Positions 1 through 7,386 of a stretch of DNA of 13,295 nucleotides are shown in pieces; the stretch's first letter is position 1, and every line of letters starts with the position of its first letter. The notes beneath the pieces were generated by a model, which did not search any database, had not been told where the DNA came from, and worked only from the letters and a program-made list of their open reading frames with translations. Source of the DNA: a virus; the IMG/VR virus record IMGVR_UViG_3300045988_024822, positions 1 through 13,295 of that record. One strand, given 5' to 3'. Position numbers and translations under genes: made by a program.

Positions 1-55
1 AGTACCGCAATTTTTGCAATGTTTATAGCAACATATACAATATAACGTATGGTAT
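1..55. repeat. Left inverted terminal repeat (ITR). It is perfect over 55 bp and extends imperfectly to 62 bp. Presumed replication origin for protein-primed replication.
   Basis: Bases 1-55 (agtaccgcaatttttgcaatgtttatagcaacatatacaatataacgtatggtat) equal the reverse complement of 13241-13295. Position 56 mismatches (g vs a), 57-62 match again, and 63 mismatches. Confidence 0.97.
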
Positions 56-99
56 GCTATATGGATCCCGTGGTATCGCTATAGTGCCCCAGTAGTGGG

Positions 100-143
100 T
101 ACAAAATATAGTGCCCACTCCCCATAGGGTAGGGAGTGGGCAC
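100..143 (-). terminator. Rho-independent terminator ending the late operon, downstream of the tailspike gene
   Basis: Perfect 12-bp stem gtgcccactccc (111-122) / gggagtgggcac (132-143) with a 9-nt loop. On the minus strand it starts 14 nt after the tailspike stop codon and is followed by TATATTTTGT (110-101). Confidence 0.75.
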
Positions 144-157
144 AAGATACAATATAA

Positions 158-2428
158 TTATAGGCGAGTCGTGGTTAGTGTCGTCAAGTCACTTTCCTGG
201 TTCGACAGTTCGGTACCTGCTACTGCATTTCCTCCAATGATGTTGCGCAGGCCAGTTGAATCAAAGCGTATACCGGCCACGTAGAATAGTTCGGCAGAAG
301 GAGGGACAACCGAATTAAACAATACCCTATTATCGACACAGCCGTTAAGGAACGAAAAAGCAAATGCCTCTGTGAATTTTGTAGTGCGATGAACTATGTT
401 TTTTGTAATCTGACATGCGGAAGACTGCGATGCCGCGACACATTGATCCACATTGATAAACTGGCAATTATCAACAACGCACCCTCTCGCATACGACAGT
501 CGAACTCCTATGCAAGATTGCGTACCGATAAATTGGCAGTTGCTTATCACGCCAGAGGAGTTCTCAAATTCGACCAAACGGTCTTTTGCATTGAAATAGC
601 AACCATCAACAGTGATCTGGCTGCCTCCTGCATTTCTGACATACAGTCCGCGGGTGCACTGGTCCGCGACATAGCCAGTAATCCAGATATTCCATACGGT
701 GTGGCCGCTGCTTTTAGTGAAAATCTGGATAGCCGTTGACGCGCACGAGCATTCGCACTTATCAATGTAGACGTCGCGCATGTCATCGGAGTTGTACAGA
801 AGAAATTGTTGGCTGTCGCCCGTCAGATTGTTACAGCTACTGAGACAGTTATAGAATCTGATGGACGCATTGCCACTAATTCCTGAGACCCCGCCGCTTG
901 ATTCATCCAGAAGGAACGACGAATAGGGGTTAGCCGATGTATAAAAAGTGTCGTGAACAATATTTTTTGTATAGATGTTGATCGTGTTAATATAGCGAGC
1001 TACCCGTCGGCCTCCGATACAGTGGAGATTATCAATGGTGACACGTTCGGCATACTGAACATTGATAAACTCCAGCACATTTTCGGCGGTCGCCACAAAA
1101 GTAGCATTGCGAACAGACAACCGTTCCACATGAGCAGTATTGCTGCTACCCCTAATATTGATAACACCGTCTGGGCTGAAACTCACAACATTATTACAAA
1201 AATCATAAGTCGTGTGGGAGCTGGCCCCTACAGGCGCATTAATTTTATAAATTGTATCGGCTGTAAGAGTCCCTGCCGCGGCGCCCCAGTTACCGGCTGT
1301 GGGGAACTTGATTGTACCTGTAAAGGACTGAATTGAGCCCCCGCTGAACACATCTGCGATACTGGTGTCGATGAACCAATCTGCGATAGTCTCACCCGCT
1401 TTGACTGCAAATTTGCCGCCATTTTTCTGTCGGAAGTGCAGGGTGCAGGGGGCCACAGGATCACCAATCGTCAACATTACGCCCGACGCTACCACGATAG
1501 CTTTACTTGTCATGAGCGGCGATCCGATGTTAATTGCACCTGTGATAATGTACTCGCCGTCAGGAATAAACAGGTCTTTGCCGGATGCAATGGCGGTCGA
1601 GAACGCGATAGTGTCATCGGTAGTGCCGTCACCCTTGGCGCCGTAGCTTTTTACGTTAGCGTAGTCAAGGACGTTTTTAACATCCTGCTGTAGCTGGTCA
1701 ATACTGTTCTGAAGGTCGTTGTCGGCGTTCACTCTGGCCGATGTCTCTGCCTCAATGGCCGACTGAAGGCTGCTGTCAGCATCCTCCCGGGCCGTTTTCT
1801 CGTTGTTGATAGCCGTCTGGAGCTGCGTGTCTGCATTCTCCCGGGCCGTCTGCTCCGCCCCAATAGCCGTCTGAAGCTTGTTGTCTGCGTTCTCCCGGGC
1901 CGTCTGCTCGGCTCTCAAGCCCTCATTAAGCCTGGTAATAAGGTACTGCACAACTTCATTTGTGGAGCTGCTCACGCAGTTGGAGCCGGGCACATAGGCA
2001 TCGCCGGCGAGCATTGTTTTAGTGACACGCACCAGCGCCCCATTGACCCACACAAGATCGTCGACAGCTCTATTTTCTGTGGCGGTGGGGCTGTGTCCCT
2101 CATCGTTTGGAGTGATGGCTTTTTTCACATCGGCCCAGAGTTCGTCGAAATTGCCAATTTTTGTCCAAAACTCCGTACGGTCCAGAGAAACACCAGACGG
2201 CACCGGCTTCACAGACAGATATGCGTTGCCATTGCTATCCACTACAACGGTGTTTGCTTCATACTGGCTAGTAATGTTCCACTGGATGGGGTTCGCATAC
2301 TTGATAGTAGCCAGACTGACAAAGTTTGTCAGTTTGGTATTATACTCATTCAGCACCTCAATAATCCAATCAAGATTGAGGTCATGGAAATTTGTGTAGG
2401 GCGTTCTGTGAATAGGATTGATACTCAT
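158..2428 (-). CDS. Tailspike / pre-neck appendage-like receptor-binding protein with a pectate-lyase-type right-handed beta-helix (putative glycan depolymerase)
   Basis: 756-aa ORF with RBS AAGGAGA 7 nt upstream of the ATG at 2428. After the coiled coil comes NVKSYGAKGDGTTDDTIAFSTAI, the classic pectate_lyase_3 / tailspike beta-helix N-cap signature. This is followed by long Cys/Asn/Gly-rich repeats typical of beta-helix rungs. It is the last gene of the structural module, matching the phi29 gp12 role. Confidence 0.8.
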   Translation of the reverse strand: MSINPIHRTPYTNFHDLNLDWIIEVLNEYNTKLTNFVSLATIKYANPIQWNITSQYEANTVVVDSNGNAYLSVKPVPSGVSLDRTEFWTKIGNFDELWADVKKAITPNDEGHSPTATENRAVDDLVWVNGALVRVTKTMLAGDAYVPGSNCVSSSTNEVVQYLITRLNEGLRAEQTARENADNKLQTAIGAEQTARENADTQLQTAINNEKTAREDADSSLQSAIEAETSARVNADNDLQNSIDQLQQDVKNVLDYANVKSYGAKGDGTTDDTIAFSTAIASGKDLFIPDGEYIITGAINIGSPLMTSKAIVVASGVMLTIGDPVAPCTLHFRQKNGGKFAVKAGETIADWFIDTSIADVFSGGSIQSFTGTIKFPTAGNWGAAAGTLTADTIYKINAPVGASSHTTYDFCNNVVSFSPDGVINIRGSSNTAHVERLSVRNATFVATAENVLEFINVQYAERVTIDNLHCIGGRRVARYINTINIYTKNIVHDTFYTSANPYSSFLLDESSGGVSGISGNASIRFYNCLSSCNNLTGDSQQFLLYNSDDMRDVYIDKCECSCASTAIQIFTKSSGHTVWNIWITGYVADQCTRGLYVRNAGGSQITVDGCYFNAKDRLVEFENSSGVISNCQFIGTQSCIGVRLSYARGCVVDNCQFINVDQCVAASQSSACQITKNIVHRTTKFTEAFAFSFLNGCVDNRVLFNSVVPPSAELFYVAGIRFDSTGLRNIIGGNAVAGTELSNQESDLTTLTTTRL
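1698..1914. repeat. Four degenerate tandem 54-bp units encoding an 18-aa repeat (A-E-Q-T-A-R-E-N-A-D-x-x-L-Q-T-A-I-x) in the tailspike neck
   Basis: The core tctcccgggccgtctgctc recurs at about 1840-1858 and 1891-1909, with a diverged copy at about 1783-1800. The protein reads RAEQTARENADNKLQTAIG / AEQTARENADTQLQTAINN / EKTAREDADSSLQSAIEA / ETSARVNADNDLQNSIDQ. Confidence 0.85.
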
Positions 2429-2440
2429 AACTACATCTCC

Positions 2441-3130
2441 TTAATAAACCAGCAAACAGAAGTTTGCCCGGATGTCCGTAACGATTTTATGAACGGCATT
2501 TTCCATTGCAAGGGCCAACTCTTTGGAAATGAGGTCTTGCGGGTCACGCCCTGCCCGGCCCTTCTCGGTCACGGTGTCGTTATAGCCGTCGTGTAACTCC
2601 GAGGTGTTGTTATCGGTTGTCGTCTGATCGGTGGTGGTCGTGTCCGTGCCGCTGCTGGTAATGGTGTTCCCAGTACCGAGGGCCGTTGTGCTCCGTTCAG
2701 CGGTTTGCAAGGATCCACTGTCGAAGCCCGTAACGTCCCGGGTGGTGCTGTCACTGCCGGTATTCTGGCCAGTCGTGGTCAGGTTCGGCGTGCGGGTCGT
2801 CGATCCCTTCCTGCCGTTAGTGCGGTTGATTGTGCCGCCGCTAGTTCCTGCATGGTCGGTTGTTCTGGTTCGGGCATCGGACGCCAAAGCGTCGTATTCA
2901 AGGCCCAGGGCCTCAGTGTACCGGGACCAGCTCGGGAGCATGGTTTCAGAAAAGACCCCTAGCGCCCGGCGCATTGTCGGGCCGTCCGCATATAGCACCT
3001 CAAATTCCAGTGTATCAAACAGTAATTGATTGCAGACAGTTTCTTTAGAGACACTGCTAGGAACTTTCAAGTCATCGAACAGTTCCGGGTATCCTGCCAA
3101 TAGGCCGTTAAAGCTCAATGTTGCGTGCAT
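2441..3130 (-). CDS. Putative lower collar / tail tube protein (phi29 gp11 position)
   Basis: 229-aa ORF with RBS GGAGGTG 7 nt upstream of the ATG at 3130. It overlaps the portal gene 3' end by 23 nt and sits immediately downstream of the portal, as in phi29 (10 then 11). The central ~100 aa is Thr/Ser/Gly/Asn-rich. The call is positional; I recognise no diagnostic motif. Confidence 0.5.
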   Translation of the reverse strand: MHATLSFNGLLAGYPELFDDLKVPSSVSKETVCNQLLFDTLEFEVLYADGPTMRRALGVFSETMLPSWSRYTEALGLEYDALASDARTRTTDHAGTSGGTINRTNGRKGSTTRTPNLTTTGQNTGSDSTTRDVTGFDSGSLQTAERSTTALGTGNTITSSGTDTTTTDQTTTDNNTSELHDGYNDTVTEKGRAGRDPQDLISKELALAMENAVHKIVTDIRANFCLLVY

Positions 3131-4049
3131 CGTTGTTCACCTCCTGTGTAGTAGTATCGGGCGGAAACCTCCAATCGACCCACAAAGTAGACTTATCAAT
3201 TCCAAACAGTTTGTGAACCCGTTCGCAACCCTGTTGCAAGCTATCCAACCAGAGCGACGCCTTAGCGGCTGTCTCGACGTTGTTCGAGTTGACTTCGTCG
3301 GTCAACATCCGCTCTTTCTTGCTGGTATTAGTGTTCGGTATGCCGACTTCTGTGTCGAACAGCGCTTTAATGGTTTTAAGAGCGGATAGCAGTTCGTTGG
3401 TTATGAAGTTCCCTTTGAGGTCAGTTGCAAAATACATCCACGGGGCTTGCCCGGATGGCCCATTCTTGGGCGCTTTGAGCAAAGAGGCATCAACAAAAAC
3501 GGCAGGGTCACCCTGCATAATCGCGTCAAACATCTTTTTAAAAGATTCTGCACCCGCTTTGTTGCCGGACGCAAACACGTAGGCAAGGCGGCTATTGATT
3601 AAATTGCTCTGGATGGTCTGGGCGGCAAGGGCCATCATATCCCCATAGTAGGCCACAATATCCACCATCCCACGGTAATCGGGTTGCAAATTGATGATCT
3701 CGCATTGTTTTCCGATTTGCAAATATGGGGACCCTTTAATAAAAGGGTTAGCAATGATGGAGTGGGTGGGATTGTAGAAAATGTTAATGCCGGTAAGTCC
3801 CATTCGGTCATACACGAGGCCGTAACGGTCAGTATTGAACACCGTAACACCGCCGGAACCAAAAACAAGATACTGCAAGCGGTTACTGGGCCATGTTTCG
3901 GGCAAGGTCCACCGTACCATAGACACGGCCTCAAGGAACAGATATTTGCGGAAATAATAGGACAGGCTGTTGCCCTTTGTGTGCATCACGGAGGGAGTCA
4001 CCGGCGACACATGGGCGTTGATCTGTTCGTAGCTGTAGGGAGCACTCAC
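3108..4049 (-). CDS. Portal (head-tail connector / upper collar), phi29 gp10-like
   Basis: 313 aa, similar in size to phi29 gp10 (about 309 aa). The segment IPNTNTSKKERMLTDEVNSNNVE...CERVHKLFG parallels phi29 gp10 [23 protein letters not shown]...CEKINELYG (recalled from memory). GTG start at 4049 with GGGAGG 9 nt upstream; its start overlaps the M23 stop codon as GTGA. Confidence 0.9.
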   Translation of the reverse strand: MSAPYSYEQINAHVSPVTPSVMHTKGNSLSYYFRKYLFLEAVSMVRWTLPETWPSNRLQYLVFGSGGVTVFNTDRYGLVYDRMGLTGINIFYNPTHSIIANPFIKGSPYLQIGKQCEIINLQPDYRGMVDIVAYYGDMMALAAQTIQSNLINSRLAYVFASGNKAGAESFKKMFDAIMQGDPAVFVDASLLKAPKNGPSGQAPWMYFATDLKGNFITNELLSALKTIKALFDTEVGIPNTNTSKKERMLTDEVNSNNVETAAKASLWLDSLQQGCERVHKLFGIDKSTLWVDWRFPPDTTTQEVNNDARNIEL

Positions 4050-4633
4050 AACAGACGACCTCCCTTCGCCATTTTAAACAGCAACCATACCGGCAATTTG
4101 CCAGTAGGCCACGGCCCGGGACCAGGGTCAGGACCCGGCCCGGGACCAGGGTCAGGACCCGGCCCGGGACCAGGGTCAGGGCCTCCACCCGAGTCCCACT
4201 CTACGTTCCACGTGCCCACCTGATTCGGGATTCTGATAATGCTGGACGGGTCCCGCAGGTTTCCGGCCGCATCGGCATACTCCCAATGTGTGTGAATGCC
4301 CGTGACGTAGCCGGTTTGTCCCTGTGTGCCGATGAACTGCCCCTTGGAGATCGTGTCGCCCACGTTCCAGATCTGTGAGGCAAAGTGTGCGGCCCGCCAT
4401 GTAGTGCCGTCGGCCATCCGTACCTTAATCATATTGCCCCACGACTGATCGCCCGAGGTGCTGCCGTTCCAGTGCTGGGCCACTACCACAACGCCCGCCT
4501 CGGGCGCATAGGCTTTATGATTGCCGTGGACTGTGTCAATGCCCCTGTGATGGCTACCGTCCGCGTATGCCGGATAACCGGCGGTGACTCTGATCGGCGA
4601 CACGTCAGTAATACACTGTTTATATACTGCCAT
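4046..4633 (-). CDS. Peptidase M23 (LytM-type) peptidoglycan endopeptidase with a C-terminal Pro-Gly-Asp repeat linker and a short amphipathic tail. Probably virion-associated, analogous to the phi29 gp13 C-terminal domain.
   Basis: 195 aa. M23 metal-binding motifs HxxxD (HRGID) and HxH (HTHWE) are present in the expected order. Then comes GGGPDPGPGPGPDPGPGPGPDPGPGP, ending with WPTGKLPVWLLFKMAKGGRLL. RBS GGAGG lies 9 nt upstream of the ATG at 4633. Confidence 0.9.
   Translation of the reverse strand: MAVYKQCITDVSPIRVTAGYPAYADGSHHRGIDTVHGNHKAYAPEAGVVVVAQHWNGSTSGDQSWGNMIKVRMADGTTWRAAHFASQIWNVGDTISKGQFIGTQGQTGYVTGIHTHWEYADAAGNLRDPSSIIRIPNQVGTWNVEWDSGGGPDPGPGPGPDPGPGPGPDPGPGPWPTGKLPVWLLFKMAKGGRLL
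4113..4183. repeat. Perfect 24-bp tandem repeat, about 2.9 copies (unit ggcccgggaccagggtcaggaccc), encoding the (PDPGPGPG)n linker of the M23 peptidase
   Basis: Units at 4113-4136 and 4137-4160 are identical. A third copy at 4161-4180 is identical for 20 nt before diverging. Confidence 0.95.
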
Positions 4634-4646
4634 CGTTATACGCCTC

Positions 4647-6062
4647 CTACTCTAAAAAGAATCCATTTTTCATATAACTTTTAACGCTGTCAATCTCGGC
4701 GGCTGTTGCGGCCAACTCAATGTCGGGGTCATCTACCATAATGAATCCCGGGATACTGAACAGCTGCACGCGCTGGCAAAGGGGCCTGCCATGGTCCTCG
4801 TTGTTGTCGTCTGCAAGATCATAAAACGCCCCCGTTAAATATGGCCTTATTCCATATTTGGCAACGCTCGCCCCTCCGCCCTTGGATTGACTTGCAACGG
4901 TCATCTGCTGGGCACCAGATGCAATACCGTTAGTAACATCGCCCCCGCCAAAAAAGGATTCAATACCGCCAGCGATAGCACCAACTGCGGTTTGAATCAG
5001 TCCACCCACACTTGCCAATTCATTTACATTGGTTGCGATCTGCGACAGCTGCACAGGTACCGAGACGTTGCCCGACGTGGAGAAGAAAATAGTATTGAAA
5101 TCATGATTAAATGACAAGTCCAGTATCGCGTCGCCGGTGCGGTAATCAACAGTCAATCTACAATACAACGTGCTTTGCAACACAAACAGGTTAGCATTTA
5201 ATTTAATTTCCCCAAATGGAGGACAATATAATGTATACTCGGAATAGGGTGCTCCGTCTGTATAGACGCCCCTTGTAATGTGCTGCGGATGATGTGGGGT
5301 GGAGATGCTGAACGTAAATATTTGTTTGTCGTTCTGACTCTGGATAACATAGGCGTTGCCGATATTCGGCATTTTCCACCAACCGACGGGAATTTCATGG
5401 ATGGGGGTGCCGATTGCCGTATTGCCGCAGGGTATCCAAAACGCCTTTGAAATATACTGAATAGGATTGAACAGCGCTTTAGTTAAGTTGCTGCTGATTT
5501 CGTCCGCGCTGATATTCAGATAATCCGTATTTTGCAAAAGGGCCTCCATGAGCTTTTGAAATGTTGTGCCGCTCATTGCAAGATAAATTGCCCCGCCAAA
5601 AGACACATACCCAGGAGCGATGACTGCCACAACAAAAAATCCTTGACTGCCACTTTCCGGGTTATCCGTGAACGGCGTTGAATTTGCATAGAGGGTTCTC
5701 GTGGTAATCGTTGCTTTGGTCGGGTACAAATTATCTACGATTTTAGGGTCATACTTGGCAGAGGACCTCACCACATACTCGGTAGAGGATCCGATCTGGT
5801 CGCGGTAGCTTGCGAGAGTGTCAACAGTCAGTGACGCATTCCAGAGCCCGTCAGAATATGTCCAGTTCTTAACCCAGTAGTATCGGCTGAACGCGGGAAG
5901 GTAGCAATAATTGAATCTGGTGGGGTCGCTCTGGGTTTCGATCTTGATCTCGGGGTCAATGATATTGCAAGGGGCTTTAAGGTTGATTCCGAATTCCTGC
6001 CCACCGCCGGGCCGCTTTGTGCTGTTTGTGCGTTTTGCAAACTGATAAAATGTAGCTTGCAT
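4647..6062 (-). CDS. Tail knob / distal tail tube protein, phi29 gp9-like
   Basis: 471 aa with RBS GGAGGTG 6 nt upstream of the ATG at 6062. The N-terminal pattern FYQFAKRTNSTKRP...NYCYLPAFSRYYWVKNW...LTVDTLASY resembles the N-terminal domain of knob proteins of small podophages (phi29 gp9 has ...WFYAFVTELEF...EIDVLQTW). There is a Gly/Ala-rich hydrophobic segment near the C-terminus. It directly follows the capsid gene, as gp9 does apart from the head fibre. Confidence 0.65.
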   Translation of the reverse strand: MQATFYQFAKRTNSTKRPGGGQEFGINLKAPCNIIDPEIKIETQSDPTRFNYCYLPAFSRYYWVKNWTYSDGLWNASLTVDTLASYRDQIGSSTEYVVRSSAKYDPKIVDNLYPTKATITTRTLYANSTPFTDNPESGSQGFFVVAVIAPGYVSFGGAIYLAMSGTTFQKLMEALLQNTDYLNISADEISSNLTKALFNPIQYISKAFWIPCGNTAIGTPIHEIPVGWWKMPNIGNAYVIQSQNDKQIFTFSISTPHHPQHITRGVYTDGAPYSEYTLYCPPFGEIKLNANLFVLQSTLYCRLTVDYRTGDAILDLSFNHDFNTIFFSTSGNVSVPVQLSQIATNVNELASVGGLIQTAVGAIAGGIESFFGGGDVTNGIASGAQQMTVASQSKGGGASVAKYGIRPYLTGAFYDLADDNNEDHGRPLCQRVQLFSIPGFIMVDDPDIELAATAAEIDSVKSYMKNGFFLE

Positions 6063-6073
6063 TTTGCACCTCC

Positions 6074-6105
6074 TATAAAATAACCGGCGGGCAATGCCCG
6101 CCGGT
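6074..6105 (-). terminator. Rho-independent terminator or attenuator directly after the major capsid gene
   Basis: 9-10 bp GC stem accggcgggc / gcccgccggt (6083-6105). It starts 5 nt after the MCP stop codon (6111-6113) and is followed on the minus strand by TATTTTATA, then the RBS of the next gene. Confidence 0.75.
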
Positions 6106-6110
6106 ATTGG

Positions 6111-7385
6111 TCAGGACTTAGAGGGGTCCGCGTCCTTATATGTGGTGGTTTTCAGGGTGGACGCTCTTGCCGCCTTGGCATCGCTCGGGGTGGTGACGTC
6201 TCCAGAGGTCATCAGGAACAGAACTGCGTTCTCGGTGAAGTCATCGTACCACGACCATCCGTAGTGATACCAGAAGTTCGTATACAGTCCGCGGGCGTTC
6301 ATGGGGGTAGGGACGACGCGGGACAGCTTCGGAGTGTAGCCGATTGCATCCCAGTCCAGCAGACAACCAAACACATTCGACAGTTGCACCGCTGCATTCT
6401 TGGTTGCCACCCCGGCGGTATTGGTCACAACAGGCGTTGCGGAAATGGTCTCGCGCTGGTTGATGTTCTGCCAGAACGTTACCTGCTCGGCGTCGCGGTA
6501 TTTCAGCATGTTGTCATGGAATACCTCGGGAATCACGCGGGCGTCGATCTGGCTCTGCGTGCCGCTGTACAGATAGAGGTGCTGACGATCATACGGAGTG
6601 TGCCGCATGATGTTGTACGTCGTGTCGCCGATCTTCCAGTTTTGATGCCAGTTGATAGACCGCTCTTTCATAAGGCGGGAAATGTCGTTGATACGGCCAT
6701 AGGCGTACTTTGCAAAACCCGGGAAATTCGCTTCTTTGTAGACGTCCTGCACCGTCAGGTTAGTGCCCTGCTGGGCGTTGTACTCATCGAGCAGATACAC
6801 AACGCTGTGCGGGTTGGTCACAGTCATACCGGTCAAATGATTGGCCATCAGGTTGTTGGCCAGATTGCGCCGGTCAGCCTCGATCTGGTTCGACAGATGC
6901 AGCACGAACGAAGACCAGAACTGCGCCAGTTCCTCGGGCCCCTTGAATGCTGCCTCCATCTGGGTATCAGCTTGCGTGTACACGCGGCTGTAATTGGTCT
7001 GGCCGTAGTAGTTTGTCTGGAGGACTTTAGGCTTGTGGACTTCGTACATGTCCACGCTCTGGCCGTCCTCCAGCTCCCACGCCTTATCGATGACGGGGTC
7101 GCTGTCGCAAAAATTGATCTTCCGCACATGGTTGGACCAGTCATCGCCCGTCACCTGCAAGCGTTTCAGCGGGGCATCGTAGGGGCGGACGGCAAAAATG
7201 GTACGTCCCAGCACCTGGCTAATCGCTTTAGTGTAGTTGTCGGGGCCGGTCAGCAACGTGGCCTGCGCAAGAGACACAAAGCTAGACGTGTCCACGATGG
7301 GGGACGTCGGATCCTGACCAGTGGCCACCTTATTGATCTCAGTCAAAATTGCGGCAATGTCCGCAAAATCCATACCAAGAGGCAT
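6111..7385 (-). CDS. Major capsid protein, phi29 gp8-like (HK97 fold)
   Basis: 424 aa. The C-terminal segment NARGLYTNFWYHYGWSWYDDFTENAVLF parallels phi29 gp8 [28 protein letters not shown] (from memory). It lies immediately downstream of a small helical scaffold-like gene, and its ATG sits 1 nt after the scaffold stop codon. Confidence 0.9.
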   Translation of the reverse strand: MPLGMDFADIAAILTEINKVATGQDPTSPIVDTSSFVSLAQATLLTGPDNYTKAISQVLGRTIFAVRPYDAPLKRLQVTGDDWSNHVRKINFCDSDPVIDKAWELEDGQSVDMYEVHKPKVLQTNYYGQTNYSRVYTQADTQMEAAFKGPEELAQFWSSFVLHLSNQIEADRRNLANNLMANHLTGMTVTNPHSVVYLLDEYNAQQGTNLTVQDVYKEANFPGFAKYAYGRINDISRLMKERSINWHQNWKIGDTTYNIMRHTPYDRQHLYLYSGTQSQIDARVIPEVFHDNMLKYRDAEQVTFWQNINQRETISATPVVTNTAGVATKNAAVQLSNVFGCLLDWDAIGYTPKLSRVVPTPMNARGLYTNFWYHYGWSWYDDFTENAVLFLMTSGDVTTPSDAKAARASTLKTTTYKDADPSKS

Positions 7386-7386
7386 A

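Noticed and set aside
80-116. 10-bp direct repeat tatagtgccc (80-89 and 107-116) and a weak second hairpin (84-102) beside the final terminator
   Set aside because: The second hairpin has only about 5 good pairs on the transcribed strand. It appears to be a degenerate duplicate of the terminator's left arm. I cannot assign it an independent function.
4113-4183. Possible CRISPR-like array
   Set aside because: The units are directly adjacent with no spacers, are only 24 bp long, number about three, and lie in frame within a coding sequence.
3684-4223. Plus-strand ORF with a GPGPGSGPGPGPGS repeat
   Set aside because: It is the mirror-image translation of the 24-bp repeat in the M23 gene and is antisense to the portal and M23 genes.
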